NCBI GenBank assembly: GCA_002839315.1
Contig: PGXV01000005.1
Location: 222,016 to 286,015, forward strand
DNA length: 64,000 nt
Direction: 5' to 3'
From: Spirochaetae bacterium HGW-Spirochaetae-3
Lineage (GTDB): Bacteria; Spirochaetota; Spirochaetia; Treponematales; UBA12059
Numbering within the stretch: position 1 is the stretch's first letter; each line of letters starts with the position of its first letter. This document shows, one piece after another, positions 1 to 10,800 of the stretch. The position numbers and the translations under genes were made by a program. The notes beneath the pieces were generated by a model. It made no database searches. It saw only the letters and a list, made by a program, of their open reading frames with translations, and had not been told where the DNA came from.

Positions 1-22
1 AGCTCGGCTGGAGATCTAGCGC

Positions 23-688
23 GTGCGATTCGCGGCGGTCATAGCGGCCGCCGGGAGGAGCGTCCGCTTCGGCGGCGTCAAGAAGGAGTACAGGCTCCTC
101 GATGGCCTCCCGGTACTGACCCATTCGGTTAGGCTATTCCTCGATACGCCCGGCTGCGCGGCCGTGGTCGTCGTCGTACCCCCCGACGGAGAGGCGGAGG
201 CCCGCTCCGTCCTCGGCGACGCCTTCCTGACGAGGGCCGGTCCGAGGCTCCTGTTCGTCGCGGGCGGCTCTGAGCGCTCCGACAGCGTGAGAGCCGGCCT
301 TCTCGCCCTGCGCGCCGTGGATCCCGAATACGTGCTCGTGCACGACGCCGCCCGTCCCAAGGCCGGCGCCGACCTGGTCAAGCGCGTGCTCGCGGAATCC
401 GCGCGGACCGGCGCCTGCGTGCCGGGCGTGCAGGTCTCCGATACCGTAAAGCTCGTGGCCGCGGACGGAACCGTAGCGGAGCACCTGCCCCGTCCGGCGC
501 TCCGGGCCGTGCAGACCCCCCAGGGATTCCAGTACCGCGGGCTCCTCTCGGCCTACCTGTCGGCCGGTTCCTCCGCGTCCGGGGCCACGGACGATGCGGA
601 GATATGGGCTATGGCCGGCGGCTCCGTCTCCGTCGTAGACGGAGACCGGGACAACGTCAAGATCACCTTCCCCGAGGACTTGCCGTGA
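23..688 (+). CDS. ispD: 2-C-methyl-D-erythritol 4-phosphate cytidylyltransferase
   Basis: 221-aa ORF with GTG start. N-terminal AAGRSVRFGG..KKEY nucleotide-binding loop and full-length IspD-like sequence. Stop overlaps the next start (GTGA). Confidence 0.9.
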   Translation: MRFAAVIAAAGRSVRFGGVKKEYRLLDGLPVLTHSVRLFLDTPGCAAVVVVVPPDGEAEARSVLGDAFLTRAGPRLLFVAGGSERSDSVRAGLLALRAVDPEYVLVHDAARPKAGADLVKRVLAESARTGACVPGVQVSDTVKLVAADGTVAEHLPRPALRAVQTPQGFQYRGLLSAYLSAGSSASGATDDAEIWAMAGGSVSVVDGDRDNVKITFPEDLP

Positions 689-1170
689 ATTTCCGCGTCG
701 GCCAAGGCTGGGACGTCCATCGGCTGGCTCCCGGCCGGCCGTTGATGCTCGGCGGCGTCGACGTTCCGTCCGATCTCGGCGAGGTAGGGCATTCCGACGG
801 CGACGCGCTGTTCCACGCCATCGTCGACGCGATGCTCGGGGCCGTAGCCGCGGGCGACATAGGCCGTCATTTTTCGCCGTCCGACCCTCGCTGGAAGGGC
901 GCCCCCTCGCGCGTCTTCGTCGAGCGGGCCGTCGAAATTCTCGCGGAGGCGGGATGGAGGGTCGTCAACGTCGACTCCACCGTCCTGCTCGAGCGCCCGC
1001 GGCTGGCTCCTCTCGTCGACGACGTACGCGCCTCGATAGCGGAGGCCCTCGGCATACCCATCGGCGCAGTATCGGTAAAGGCGAAGACGTACGAAGGCCT
1101 CGGGCCGGTGGGTCGCCTCGAGGCCATAGAGGCTCAGGCCGTTATCCTGCTCGAGCGCGTAGGCCTATAG
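685..1170 (+). CDS. ispF: 2-C-methyl-D-erythritol 2,4-cyclodiphosphate synthase
   Basis: ORF 604..1170 trimmed to the in-frame GTG at 685 (161 aa). FRVGQGWDVHRL, HSDGDALFHA and AAGDIGRHF motifs are typical of IspF. Confidence 0.9.
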   Translation: MNFRVGQGWDVHRLAPGRPLMLGGVDVPSDLGEVGHSDGDALFHAIVDAMLGAVAAGDIGRHFSPSDPRWKGAPSRVFVERAVEILAEAGWRVVNVDSTVLLERPRLAPLVDDVRASIAEALGIPIGAVSVKAKTYEGLGPVGRLEAIEAQAVILLERVGL

Positions 1171-3171
1171 CTTCCTTACCGATCTTCTCAGGCTCTCGAA
1201 CAGGCTCGCCCACGGCGAATCGGCTCGGTAGAATACCGGCGGATAGCCGAGCGGCGCCTCTATCGTGACATCGCCGCCGCGGAATTCCCGTGACGTCCAG
1301 AGGTGAACCCAATGATCCGCGGGCAGGTACGCGTCCGACAGGTTCTTCCCCGGCTTCGTTACCGGGGCGACGAGCAGGTCCCTGCCGTACAGGTACTGGT
1401 ACGAGAGGCGCCTGAGCCCGGGCTCGTCCTCGTAATGAAGCCAGGTATGGCGGATGGCCGGTACGCCGTTCGATGCGTAGTCGGCCATGGTGTCGGCGTG
1501 GTACGGCGCCAGCCCCGTCCAGACGGCGCTCATCCTGGCGAAGTGGGCGAGCATGGCCGGGTCGGACCAGAACTGCGCGTTCGACTCCGGCCTGTTCCCC
1601 TCGTGCGTCCTCATGATAGGGGTGAACGCCGCGAGCTCGGTCCAACGCATCAGGCATTCGCGCGAGCGCTTGACCCACGCTACCGTCGTATAGCCGCCGA
1701 TGTCGGAGTGCCAGACGCCGGAACCGGAGAACCCCAGCGATAGCGCCGCCGGTATGACGCTCGGCAGCCCGTCGGTGCGGCTCCAGTCGACCAGCTGGTC
1801 TCCGGCCCAGAACGACGGCGTATGCCTCGACGAACCGGCCCAGCCGGAGCGCAGGAAGAACGCCGCCTCGCCCTGCTTGCCCGCCTCGCGGACGGCCTCG
1901 GCGTTTGCCTTGGCCCATAGTACCGGATACTCGTTGTGCGCGAGGAGCGGATCGCGGCCGCCGTGGAGGACGGCGTCCGCCGGGAGGTACTCGCCGAAGT
2001 CGGCCATCCAGCCGGCCATGCCTATGTCGAGCATCTCGCGCCTGATGACGCGCTTGATCCACGCGAAGGCGTCGGGGTTCCACAGGTCGACCATCGCGGC
2101 GGGGAACGTCGTAACGGTGACGAGGTAGTCGCTTCCGTCGGCGCGCTTGACGCAGTAGCCCGCCTTGGACGCCTCTGCGTACATATCGCCCTCTATCGAC
2201 AGGAACGGGTTTATGTAGCCGAGGAAGCGGATGCCTTCGCGGCGTAGACTGGCTATGTCGTCGGGGAGCTTAGGGTACAGGGACCGGTCGAAACTCCAGT
2301 TCCACTGTAGCTGCTTGCCGAAGCTGGTGACGCGCTTGCCGCACCAGTCCTGCACCCATAGCGCTCCTACCTTGACACCGGCCGCCTTCGCCGCGCTCAG
2401 CTTCCCGGCTATGTCGTCGGAACCGCCCTGAACGCCGAGCCAGGCGCCCTCCCATGTCCACGACGGTAGGGCCGGCTGGCGGCCGACGACGGCGGACAGC
2501 GCGCCGACTGCCGAAGGCGCGTCGGCGGCGAAGCCGAGCGTTATCTCGTCCGGGATAGCCCAGCACGACAGGATAGTGGTCTTGGGGCGCTTGAAATCGA
2601 ATACGCAGTAGGCGGTCGTATCGACGTGTACCCATGCCCGCTCGCTCGTTACGAACGACGGTTGGCCGAAATAGGTCGTGTGCCAGTTCCCGCCGGCGCC
2701 GCCCCACAGGTCGGCGAGCAGCGTGATGAGGTCGTGCCCCCTGCCTACGCCCTGTTCCTCGGACCAGAGCGGTACCCTGCTGCCCTTGAGGTCGAGCCGG
2801 GAATATTGCTCGCCGCAGCCGAAGACGCTCTCCCCCGCCGTGGCCGGAAGCCTGAGCAGGAATCGATTGAAGGCCTGGTCGTACCTGGAGAAGGTGACGC
2901 GAAGCGAGCCCGACGTCTCGCGGACGGTCATGCGGACGAGGTTCTCGAACTCTATATCGATGAAGTCGTCGCGAGCCGAGACCTGTTTCCACGCCTTGGC
3001 CTTGACTCGGGACCGGTTCTTCTGGCGTATCGCGTAACCGCCCTTGCGTTGGCGTACCGACGGCTCGGCGGAGCCCATCTCGAACAGGGGCGCGCGCATC
3101 GAATGGCATAGCGCGCGTCGTCCGTCGATGCTTACTACGAATCCATCCTCGGCGGCTTCAAGGTGTATCAC
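1165..3171 (-). CDS. glycoside hydrolase family 31, YihQ-clade alpha-glycosidase
   Basis: ORF 1165..3246. GH31 motifs WVQDWCGKRVTSFGKQLQWNW and nucleophile region GWMADFGEY. Start trimmed to the in-frame GTG at 3171, preceded by GGAGGT-N6; alternative starts run up to 3246. 3' end overlaps the ispF 3' end by 6 nt (convergent). Confidence 0.85.
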   Translation of the reverse strand: MIHLEAAEDGFVVSIDGRRALCHSMRAPLFEMGSAEPSVRQRKGGYAIRQKNRSRVKAKAWKQVSARDDFIDIEFENLVRMTVRETSGSLRVTFSRYDQAFNRFLLRLPATAGESVFGCGEQYSRLDLKGSRVPLWSEEQGVGRGHDLITLLADLWGGAGGNWHTTYFGQPSFVTSERAWVHVDTTAYCVFDFKRPKTTILSCWAIPDEITLGFAADAPSAVGALSAVVGRQPALPSWTWEGAWLGVQGGSDDIAGKLSAAKAAGVKVGALWVQDWCGKRVTSFGKQLQWNWSFDRSLYPKLPDDIASLRREGIRFLGYINPFLSIEGDMYAEASKAGYCVKRADGSDYLVTVTTFPAAMVDLWNPDAFAWIKRVIRREMLDIGMAGWMADFGEYLPADAVLHGGRDPLLAHNEYPVLWAKANAEAVREAGKQGEAAFFLRSGWAGSSRHTPSFWAGDQLVDWSRTDGLPSVIPAALSLGFSGSGVWHSDIGGYTTVAWVKRSRECLMRWTELAAFTPIMRTHEGNRPESNAQFWSDPAMLAHFARMSAVWTGLAPYHADTMADYASNGVPAIRHTWLHYEDEPGLRRLSYQYLYGRDLLVAPVTKPGKNLSDAYLPADHWVHLWTSREFRGGDVTIEAPLGYPPVFYRADSPWASLFESLRRSVRKL

Positions 3172-3267
3172 TGGATGACCTCCACGCCGGCCGCGCGAGC
3201 CGGAGACGGATACCATATACCAGGTCCGGCCGGGGGGCAATACCACTCCCCGCGCGAGCGGTTACGG

Positions 3268-3296
3268 TTGTAATGCCGACGACCATTCGGTAGAAT
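3268..3296 (+). promoter_or_regulatory. candidate promoter of the TIM-barrel gene
   Basis: TTGTAA-N17-TAGAAT, ending 11 nt before the ATG (very short leader). Confidence 0.4.
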
Positions 3297-3307
3297 CCAA
3301 ACCCAGG

Positions 3308-4114
3308 ATGATCCATACGGCGCTGTCTTCCTCGGCTTGCATAGGGGCCGATATCCATACCGTACTCGAAACCGCGTCCGCGGCCGGCGTCCACGGCGTC
3401 GAATGGACCGACGACGGGTTCGTCAGCCCCGGCGACGTCTCGGCCGCTCGCGAGACGATGATGGCGACCCTCAGGGCCGGATTATGCACCGTTTCGTACG
3501 CCACTCTGTACAGAGCGGTCTCGCACGACCGCTCGGCGTTCAGGGCGGCGCTCGCCACGACGAGGGAATTCAACGCCCCTATACTGCGCCTGTGGTCGTC
3601 CCATCGCGGCGATTCTCCGGCCGCCGACGCGGCCGCTTTCCTGGACGAGATCAGGTACCTCGGGGACGAGGCGGGCGAGCAAGGGGTAATGCTGTGCCTC
3701 GGCCTTTCGCATCGCTCCATCCTCGACTCGAGCCGAACCGCTACCGGGATCATGGCGGGGATGGACCACCCCTTCGTCAAGCTGATATGGGAACCGGGCT
3801 CCGGAGAGCTATTCGACGACGCGATGGAAGATTTTACGCTGCTATCGGGCCGGATAGGCCTCGTCGTCGCCAGGGGCGAGGACGTCGCTCCCTTCAACGG
3901 CGGCGACGCTTCCTCGGGAGCGCTCGACGGCAGGGCCGAGGCATGGCTCCAGTACCTCGACTCGTTCGACGAGCAGTGCGGCGACCCGGATATGGCCAGG
4001 TACGTCGTAATCAAATCGATCGTCGGGGGTACGAGCCGACTGAGCGATTCCGTCTCGACCATCAAGGCGTGGAGCGCTAAGCTACGCCGCTACCATCGCC
4101 GGAGGGTGATGTGA
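3308..4114 (+). CDS. sugar phosphate isomerase/epimerase-like (xylose isomerase-like TIM barrel) protein
   Basis: 268-aa ORF. General resemblance to the AP-endonuclease-2/xylose-isomerase-like TIM barrel family; no sharp motif, so function is tentative. Confidence 0.55.
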   Translation: MIHTALSSSACIGADIHTVLETASAAGVHGVEWTDDGFVSPGDVSAARETMMATLRAGLCTVSYATLYRAVSHDRSAFRAALATTREFNAPILRLWSSHRGDSPAADAAAFLDEIRYLGDEAGEQGVMLCLGLSHRSILDSSRTATGIMAGMDHPFVKLIWEPGSGELFDDAMEDFTLLSGRIGLVVARGEDVAPFNGGDASSGALDGRAEAWLQYLDSFDEQCGDPDMARYVVIKSIVGGTSRLSDSVSTIKAWSAKLRRYHRRRVM

Positions 4115-4165
4115 GCGGCACGTGATTCCGATCCCGTGATTCTGTTCGACTATAGGAGGTCTATC

Positions 4166-5083
4166 ATGAAGAACTTCGTATCGAGGACGGGGACGCTTCT
4201 CGTCGCCGTCGCCGTCGTCGCCGCGCTCGCCGCCTGCGTCTCGGCTCCGGCCGCGGCCGGTCCCTTCCAGTTCGAGGCCAAGGCTGTCTCGGTCGCCTCG
4301 AGGGGCGTTTCCGTCCCGGCCGTGCTGACCGTCCCGGCGACCGGCAAGAAGGCGCCACTCGTCGTCATGGCCCACGGCCACGGCGGTAGCAAGGAAGAGG
4401 CGGGCGGCTTTACCGCCATCGCCGAGGAGCTGGCGAGGCTCGGCATAGCCAGCATCCGGATGGACTTCCCCGGATGCGGCGAGAGTTCCGAGCCGTTCAC
4501 CGCCAACAACCTCGCTAATATGCTCGACGATATCGACGCCGCCCGCGCCTTCGCCGTCGCGAACGCCTCGATCGACGAGAAGCGCGTCGGGATGTTCGGC
4601 TACAGCATGGGCGGCCGGTTGGCCATACTGTCCTCAGGCCGCGCCTCGTACGCGTCCATGTCCCTCCTCGCCCCGGCCGCCACCGACGGCGCCGCGTCCA
4701 TGTACATCTTCATGGGCGGCAAGGACGCGTACAAGTCGCTCGCCGCGAAGGCCGCGACCGACGGCCACGTCGTGTTCACCACGATGTTCGGCCAGGTCCA
4801 GGACCTCGGGCTGCAGTGGTTCTCGGATAACGAGTCCGCCAAGTGCATCGAGGCGATCCATGCTTACGCGGGTCCCGTCCAGTACGTCCGGGGCGCCGTC
4901 GACACGATCATCCCCGAGTCGGTCGTCAACGAATCGGCCGCCGCGGCCGCTTCCAGCTCCGGTATCGAGCTCGTGACCATCAAGGGCGCCGATCACGGCT
5001 ACGGTTTCTACGGCGGCGATCCTCAGATCAAGATCGACACGGTAGGCGCCGTAACGGCCTTCTTCGCGAAGACGCTGCGCTAG
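4166..5083 (+). CDS. secreted alpha/beta hydrolase lipoprotein (dienelactone hydrolase / S9-like)
   Basis: ORF 4136..5083 trimmed to the ATG at 4166, preceded by AGGAGG. Signal peptide with lipobox LAAC. GYSMGG nucleophile elbow (GxSxG) and HGHGG oxyanion-type motif. Confidence 0.7.
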   Translation: MKNFVSRTGTLLVAVAVVAALAACVSAPAAAGPFQFEAKAVSVASRGVSVPAVLTVPATGKKAPLVVMAHGHGGSKEEAGGFTAIAEELARLGIASIRMDFPGCGESSEPFTANNLANMLDDIDAARAFAVANASIDEKRVGMFGYSMGGRLAILSSGRASYASMSLLAPAATDGAASMYIFMGGKDAYKSLAAKAATDGHVVFTTMFGQVQDLGLQWFSDNESAKCIEAIHAYAGPVQYVRGAVDTIIPESVVNESAAAAASSSGIELVTIKGADHGYGFYGGDPQIKIDTVGAVTAFFAKTLR

Positions 5084-5116
5084 GCGGTCGTCTCTGGCGT
5101 GGATACTGGAGTCCTC

Positions 5117-5157
5117 GACCCGCCCGACGGCCCCGGCCGCCGGGCGGGTCTCTCTTT
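5117..5157 (+). terminator. terminator-like hairpin after the hydrolase gene
   Basis: GACCCGCCCG..CGGGCGGGTC stem, followed by TCTCTTTCC. Confidence 0.5.
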
Positions 5158-5169
5158 CCCGGAGGCGGC

Positions 5170-5421
5170 ATGAAGCTGTCGTTGCGATACAAGGGCCTGA
5201 CTCGCAAGGAGATACGCGCCTTCAGGATCACCCGGGGTAACGTCATATTCGAACTGTGGTACGAAGCCCTTCAGTGCTATATGGACGCGATCGGCGGCGA
5301 CATAAACAGGTCGCTGGCGACCGACCTGGGCGAGGCGTTCTGGAGAGAGCGCTACGAATCGGGGGAGGAAGTACCCGAGGCCTACGAATACACCATGAGG
5401 CACGTCTGGATGCCGGAATAA
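5170..5421 (+). CDS. hypothetical small protein (83 aa)
   Basis: Tail of ORF 4843..5421. The ATG at 5170 is preceded by GGAGG-N4 and follows a terminator-like hairpin. Non-shadow amino-acid composition; no recognisable family. Confidence 0.4.
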   Translation: MKLSLRYKGLTRKEIRAFRITRGNVIFELWYEALQCYMDAIGGDINRSLATDLGEAFWRERYESGEEVPEAYEYTMRHVWMPE

Positions 5422-5495
5422 GGTGCCCGAGACGATCCTCGACCGTGGATACGACGGACATATCCTTGAGGACTATTCATGTCGCCGCCATTCCG

Positions 5496-5524
5496 TTGAC
5501 GGTCGTAGCTCCGGCGTCTATACT
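5496..5524 (+). promoter_or_regulatory. candidate argG promoter
   Basis: TTGACG-N17-TATACT, ~47 nt upstream of the ATG. Confidence 0.5.
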
Positions 5525-5570
5525 CGGCATAGTTTCTATATGACGATACGGACATGGAGGGATAATAGGT

Positions 5571-6833
5571 ATGGGAGAGAAAGTAGTCCTCGCGTATTCC
5601 GGCGGGCTCGATACGTCGGTGATCCTCAAGTGGCTTATCAACAAGGGCTACGAAGTGATCTGCTTCATGGCCAACGTCGGCCAGCAGGAGGATTTCGAGA
5701 AGGCCCGCGAGAAAGCCTTGAAGCTAGGGGCCTCCAAGGTGTACCTGGAGGATCTGCGCGAGGAATTCGTCGTCGACTATATATTCCAGGCGCTCAAGGC
5801 GAACGCGCTCTACGAGGGCCGATACCTGCTCGGTACGTCGCTGGCCCGGCCGCTGATCGCGAAGCATCAGGTACGCATAGCCACGGAGGAGGGCGCCTCG
5901 TACGTAGCCCACGGGGCCACGGGCAAGGGCAACGACCAGGTCCGCTTCGAACTGACCTTCGCCGCGCTCGGCCCGAGTCTTAGGATCATATCCCCGTGGA
6001 AGGACGCCGAGTTCCTCCAGCAGTTCAAGGGGCGCACGGATATGCTCAGGTACGCCGAGGAGCAGGGCATACCGGTCTCCGCTACTATCAAGAAACCGTA
6101 TAGCGAGGACGAGAACCTGATGCATATCAGCCATGAGGCAGGTATCCTCGAGGACCCGGCCCTGATCGCCACCGAGGACATCTACTCGCGGACCAACTCG
6201 CCCAAGGCCGCTCCCGACGCCGAGACGCTCATAGCCATCGAATTCAAGGACGGCCTGCCTTCGGCGGTAACGAACCTCGCGGACGGAAAGCGCGTCGAGG
6301 GCGCCCTGCCGATGTTCCTCTTCCTGAACGAGCTCGGTCGCGTGAACGGCATAGGCCGCGTCGACATGGTCGAGAACCGTTTTATCGGCATAAAGTCGCG
6401 CGGTATCTACGAGAGCCCCGGAGCTACGATCCTGTGGGCCGCGCACCGCGATATCGAAGGCATAGCGATGGACCGGGAGGTGATGCACCTGAAGCTGACG
6501 CTGGAGCCGAAATTCTCGGAGTTCCTGTATAACGGGTTCTGGTTCGCGCCCGAGATGGACTTCCTGATGGCCGCCTTCAACCAGTCCCAGGAGGCGATCG
6601 ACGGCAAGGTTACCCTGTCTCTCTACAAGGGAAACGTACTCGCGATCGCCCGCGAGTCGCCTACCTCGCTGTACGACCAGGAACTAGGCAGCATGGACGT
6701 GGAGGGAGGCTTCGACCAGACCGACTCGCGCGGTTTCATCAGGCTCAACTCGATACGGCTGAAGGCCCACAACGTCATCCTGGACAAGAAGCACGTAGGC
6801 CTCTTCCACGTGATCCAGCCCGCCGCCGAGTAA
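5571..6833 (+). CDS. argG: argininosuccinate synthase
   Basis: 420-aa ORF. N-terminal [16 protein letters not shown]-pyrophosphatase motif and full-length ArgG-like sequence. Confidence 0.95.
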   Translation: MGEKVVLAYSGGLDTSVILKWLINKGYEVICFMANVGQQEDFEKAREKALKLGASKVYLEDLREEFVVDYIFQALKANALYEGRYLLGTSLARPLIAKHQVRIATEEGASYVAHGATGKGNDQVRFELTFAALGPSLRIISPWKDAEFLQQFKGRTDMLRYAEEQGIPVSATIKKPYSEDENLMHISHEAGILEDPALIATEDIYSRTNSPKAAPDAETLIAIEFKDGLPSAVTNLADGKRVEGALPMFLFLNELGRVNGIGRVDMVENRFIGIKSRGIYESPGATILWAAHRDIEGIAMDREVMHLKLTLEPKFSEFLYNGFWFAPEMDFLMAAFNQSQEAIDGKVTLSLYKGNVLAIARESPTSLYDQELGSMDVEGGFDQTDSRGFIRLNSIRLKAHNVILDKKHVGLFHVIQPAAE

Positions 6834-6838
6834 CGCGT

Positions 6839-6869
6839 AGCGGCGGACCGGGCCCGGCCGCCGCTTTTT
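6839..6869 (+). terminator. rho-independent terminator after argG
   Basis: AGCGGCGG..CCGCCGCT stem followed by a T5 run, in the convergent gap with fabF. Confidence 0.7.
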
Positions 6870-6878
6870 CCCGTTCTT

Positions 6879-8113
<1,235 letters not shown>

Positions 8114-8117
<4 letters not shown>

Positions 8118-9595
8118 GTTTTCGCCTCCCCGGCGACTTCCGCGCGGAGGAAGGCGAGTACGTCTACGGCCGAGTAGTCCATGCCGAAGCGCTGGATGAG
8201 GAGTCGTAGCGATTCCAGGTGCTTGCCGACGGTTAAGAGCGGCTTCTCGAGGCGGGCGCCCGCGTAGCTCATGCCCAGCCCGAGATTCGCGAGCAGTGCG
8301 TTACAGAGGCAGCGCGCGTTCTTCGCCAGGTCGGCCGCGCCGCCCTTCTTCTCGAACGACGATGGGGCCTCGGCCGGGCAGCGATAGCCGACGCGGCCGT
8401 CGCCGGTCTCGTACGGCTGCCGCAACAGGCCGATGTTGCAGACCCGTAGGCGCCCCTCGAACACGCTCTCGTCGGAGAGCGTGCCTTCCAGCAGGGCGAT
8501 CTTGAACGGATATCCGGTCGGCGAAGCGTCGGGATGGGTGAATACCAGCGCCTTGCCGGCCTCGACCGCCTTGAGGAAGCGCCGCTTCAGCTCGGGGAGC
8601 AGCCCCGACTCGCGGCAGAACGCGAACAGCGTCCCTACCTGTATGCCCGTCGCCCCGTCGGCCTTCGAGGCCCGGAGCGAGTCGGGCATGCCGTAGGAGC
8701 CCCCGAGCCAGAACGGAATTTTGAGGCCTACCATCTTGGCATAATCGACGTCGTCCTTCGGGCCGTATATAGGCTCGCCACGCTCGTCGAGCTCCAGTAC
8801 GCCGCGCGGCGGCGCGTTATGCCCGCCGGCGGTCTGATTCTCGACGACGATGCCGTCGACCCTGCCCGAGGCCCGCGTCAGCATCGTCGCGGCGAGGATG
8901 TACGACGAAACGATGGCCAGGAAGGCCGGCCGCTTCAGCGACGCGGGGGGAGCCGCGAGTACCTCGGCGGGGTCGAAGCGGGCGACGTAACGCGTGTCTT
9001 TCGGGGCTCCGTCGACGTATACCCGTATCTCTCCGGCCTCGCCCCTGGCGTAGCGGTCGAGCAGGCCCGGTATCTCGAGCGGTATGCCGGCTCCCATCAG
9101 GATATAATCGACGCCGGCGAGCATCGCGCCGTATATCGACGCGGGATTCGGTAGCTGGACTTTCTCGAGGTAATTGACGCCGACGAGGCCCGGCTGTCCT
9201 TCCTTGGCGAGATGAACCTCGACGAAGTTGGCCGCGACCGTCAGCTCGTCGACGATCCGCCGGCTCTCGGCCTCGGCGGCCGACGGGACGGGCGCGCCTT
9301 CGGCGCGTACGGCCTCGCGCATCGGTAGCGGCGCGAAGTCGTGCGTGTCGGCCGTGCCGTCGGGGCGGAACCAGTCGGCGAGTACCCTGTCGGCCAGCGC
9401 GCGGTCGGGAAAGGCCGAAAGGCCGCGCCGCATGTGCCCGCCCTGGTCCCCCTGCTGCAGGCGCCTCGCCATGACCGTGTCCAGGGCGGTTCCCGAGACC
9501 ACCCCCAAGGCGCCCTGCGCGGAGACCGCTCGCGCTAATCTCCAGTCGGAGACGCCGACGCCCATGCCGCCTTGAATGATGTTCGGGTGTTCCAT
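8114..9595 (-). CDS. nitronate monooxygenase-family flavoprotein, candidate FabK/PfaD-like enoyl reductase
   Basis: 493 aa. N-terminal IIQGGMGVGVS NMO/FMN-binding signature. Translationally coupled to fabF downstream. Confidence 0.65.
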
Positions 9596-9607
9596 AAGCC
9601 ATCCTAA

Positions 9608-9632
9608 ATGACAAGTATAGTCAAACTGTCAT
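9608..9632. promoter_or_regulatory. operator-like inverted repeat upstream of the NMO-fabF operon
   Basis: ATGACA-N13-TGTCAT, 13-37 nt upstream of the start codon. It overlaps a TATACT -10-like hexamer on the minus strand. Confidence 0.3.
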
Positions 9633-9660
9633 CCGATGATAGGCCATGTGCTCCGTAGAG

Positions 9661-10500
9661 TCAATCGCGTTTCGCGGACTCCTTCGCTTCGTCCCAGTAG
9701 CGGTCCATCATCTCGAGCTTGCCTTGCTCCATCGCCTCGCCGGCCTCGGCCATACGCCTTTCTACATGCCTGAATCGCGACGCGAATTTCTCGGCGGCGC
9801 GCTGCATCGCTATGGCGGGATCGACGCGGTGCTTGCGCGCCACGTTGACGAGCGAGAAGAACAGGTCGCCTATCTCGTCCTCCAGCATGGCGCGCTCGGC
9901 GGAGTCGTCGTCTCCCGACGCGGCCTTGGCCTCTATAGCCTGGCAGGCCTCGCGCGACTCGCGAAGCTCCTCCTCGAGTTTGTCCCACGGTCCCGTCTGA
10001 TCGGGCCAGTCGAAACCGACCTTCGCGGCCGCCTTCTGTAGCTTGTAGCAGCGTTCGAGCGGGGGTAGGGCCTTGGAAACGGCGTCTAGGACGGAGTCCT
10101 TCCTGCGCCGCCCCTCGACGTTCTCCTTGATGTCGTTCCATTGCCTGAGCACCGCGTCGGGCGTGTCCGCCTCGGCGTCCGCGAAGACGTGCGGATGGCG
10201 CCGAACCAGCTTGTCCGAGATCGTGTCGAGCGCCTCCGTGGTCGTGAAGGCTCCCGATTCCTCGTATATCACCGCCATCATCGTAGCGACGAGTATGACG
10301 TCGCCTATCTCTTCCTTGATGTGGTCGATATCGCCGTCATTGATGGCCTCGACGCATTCGTAGGCTTCCTCTATCAGGTTGCCGCGGATACTGACGGGCG
10401 TCTGTTCGCGGTCCCAAGGGCAACCCTCCGGCGAGCGCAGGCGGACGAAGATATCGTAGAGGCGCCCGAAGGCTTCCTTGGGGTCGTTTGTCGTGCTCAT
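9661..10500 (-). CDS. mazG: nucleoside triphosphate pyrophosphohydrolase MazG
   Basis: ORF 9661..11190 trimmed to Met231 (ATG at 10500; 279 aa). Tandem MazG repeats with CPWDREQT, EEAYE..EExGD and RHPHVF motifs. The upstream 230 codons are Arg/Gly-rich and run across the potA start. Confidence 0.85.
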   Translation of the reverse strand: MSTTNDPKEAFGRLYDIFVRLRSPEGCPWDREQTPVSIRGNLIEEAYECVEAINDGDIDHIKEEIGDVILVATMMAVIYEESGAFTTTEALDTISDKLVRRHPHVFADAEADTPDAVLRQWNDIKENVEGRRRKDSVLDAVSKALPPLERCYKLQKAAAKVGFDWPDQTGPWDKLEEELRESREACQAIEAKAASGDDDSAERAMLEDEIGDLFFSLVNVARKHRVDPAIAMQRAAEKFASRFRHVERRMAEAGEAMEQGKLEMMDRYWDEAKESAKRD

Positions 10501-10800
10501 GCGCGTATTCTGCCCGAGCTCGGCGCCTTGCGCAAGTCGCCGGGCCGATATCGGGGAGCGCGTGAATATACGTGAATAATCGACGTCTTGATAGCATAAA
10601 CAGCGAATAATCGCTGCATACGATGCGCGCCGGCCGATTGACAAGCAGGCCTTCCATGCCGCATTGTGCGCTCCGTGATGTATGAACCAGGCGGATCGAA
10701 TTCCGCCGCCGGGCCGGTATCGGCATCCGGAAACGGCCGCCGCTGATAGCTCGCTACGCGCGGCGGCATCATGGAACTCGGAGGGTAAAGGAAAAAGACG

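Noticed and set aside
10501-10800. Possible riboswitch or operator upstream of potA (for example the palindrome CAGCGA-ATAA-TCGCTG and the direct CGTGAATA repeats).
   Set aside because: I could not match it to any known riboswitch consensus, and the short repeats are within chance expectation. There is not enough support to report it.
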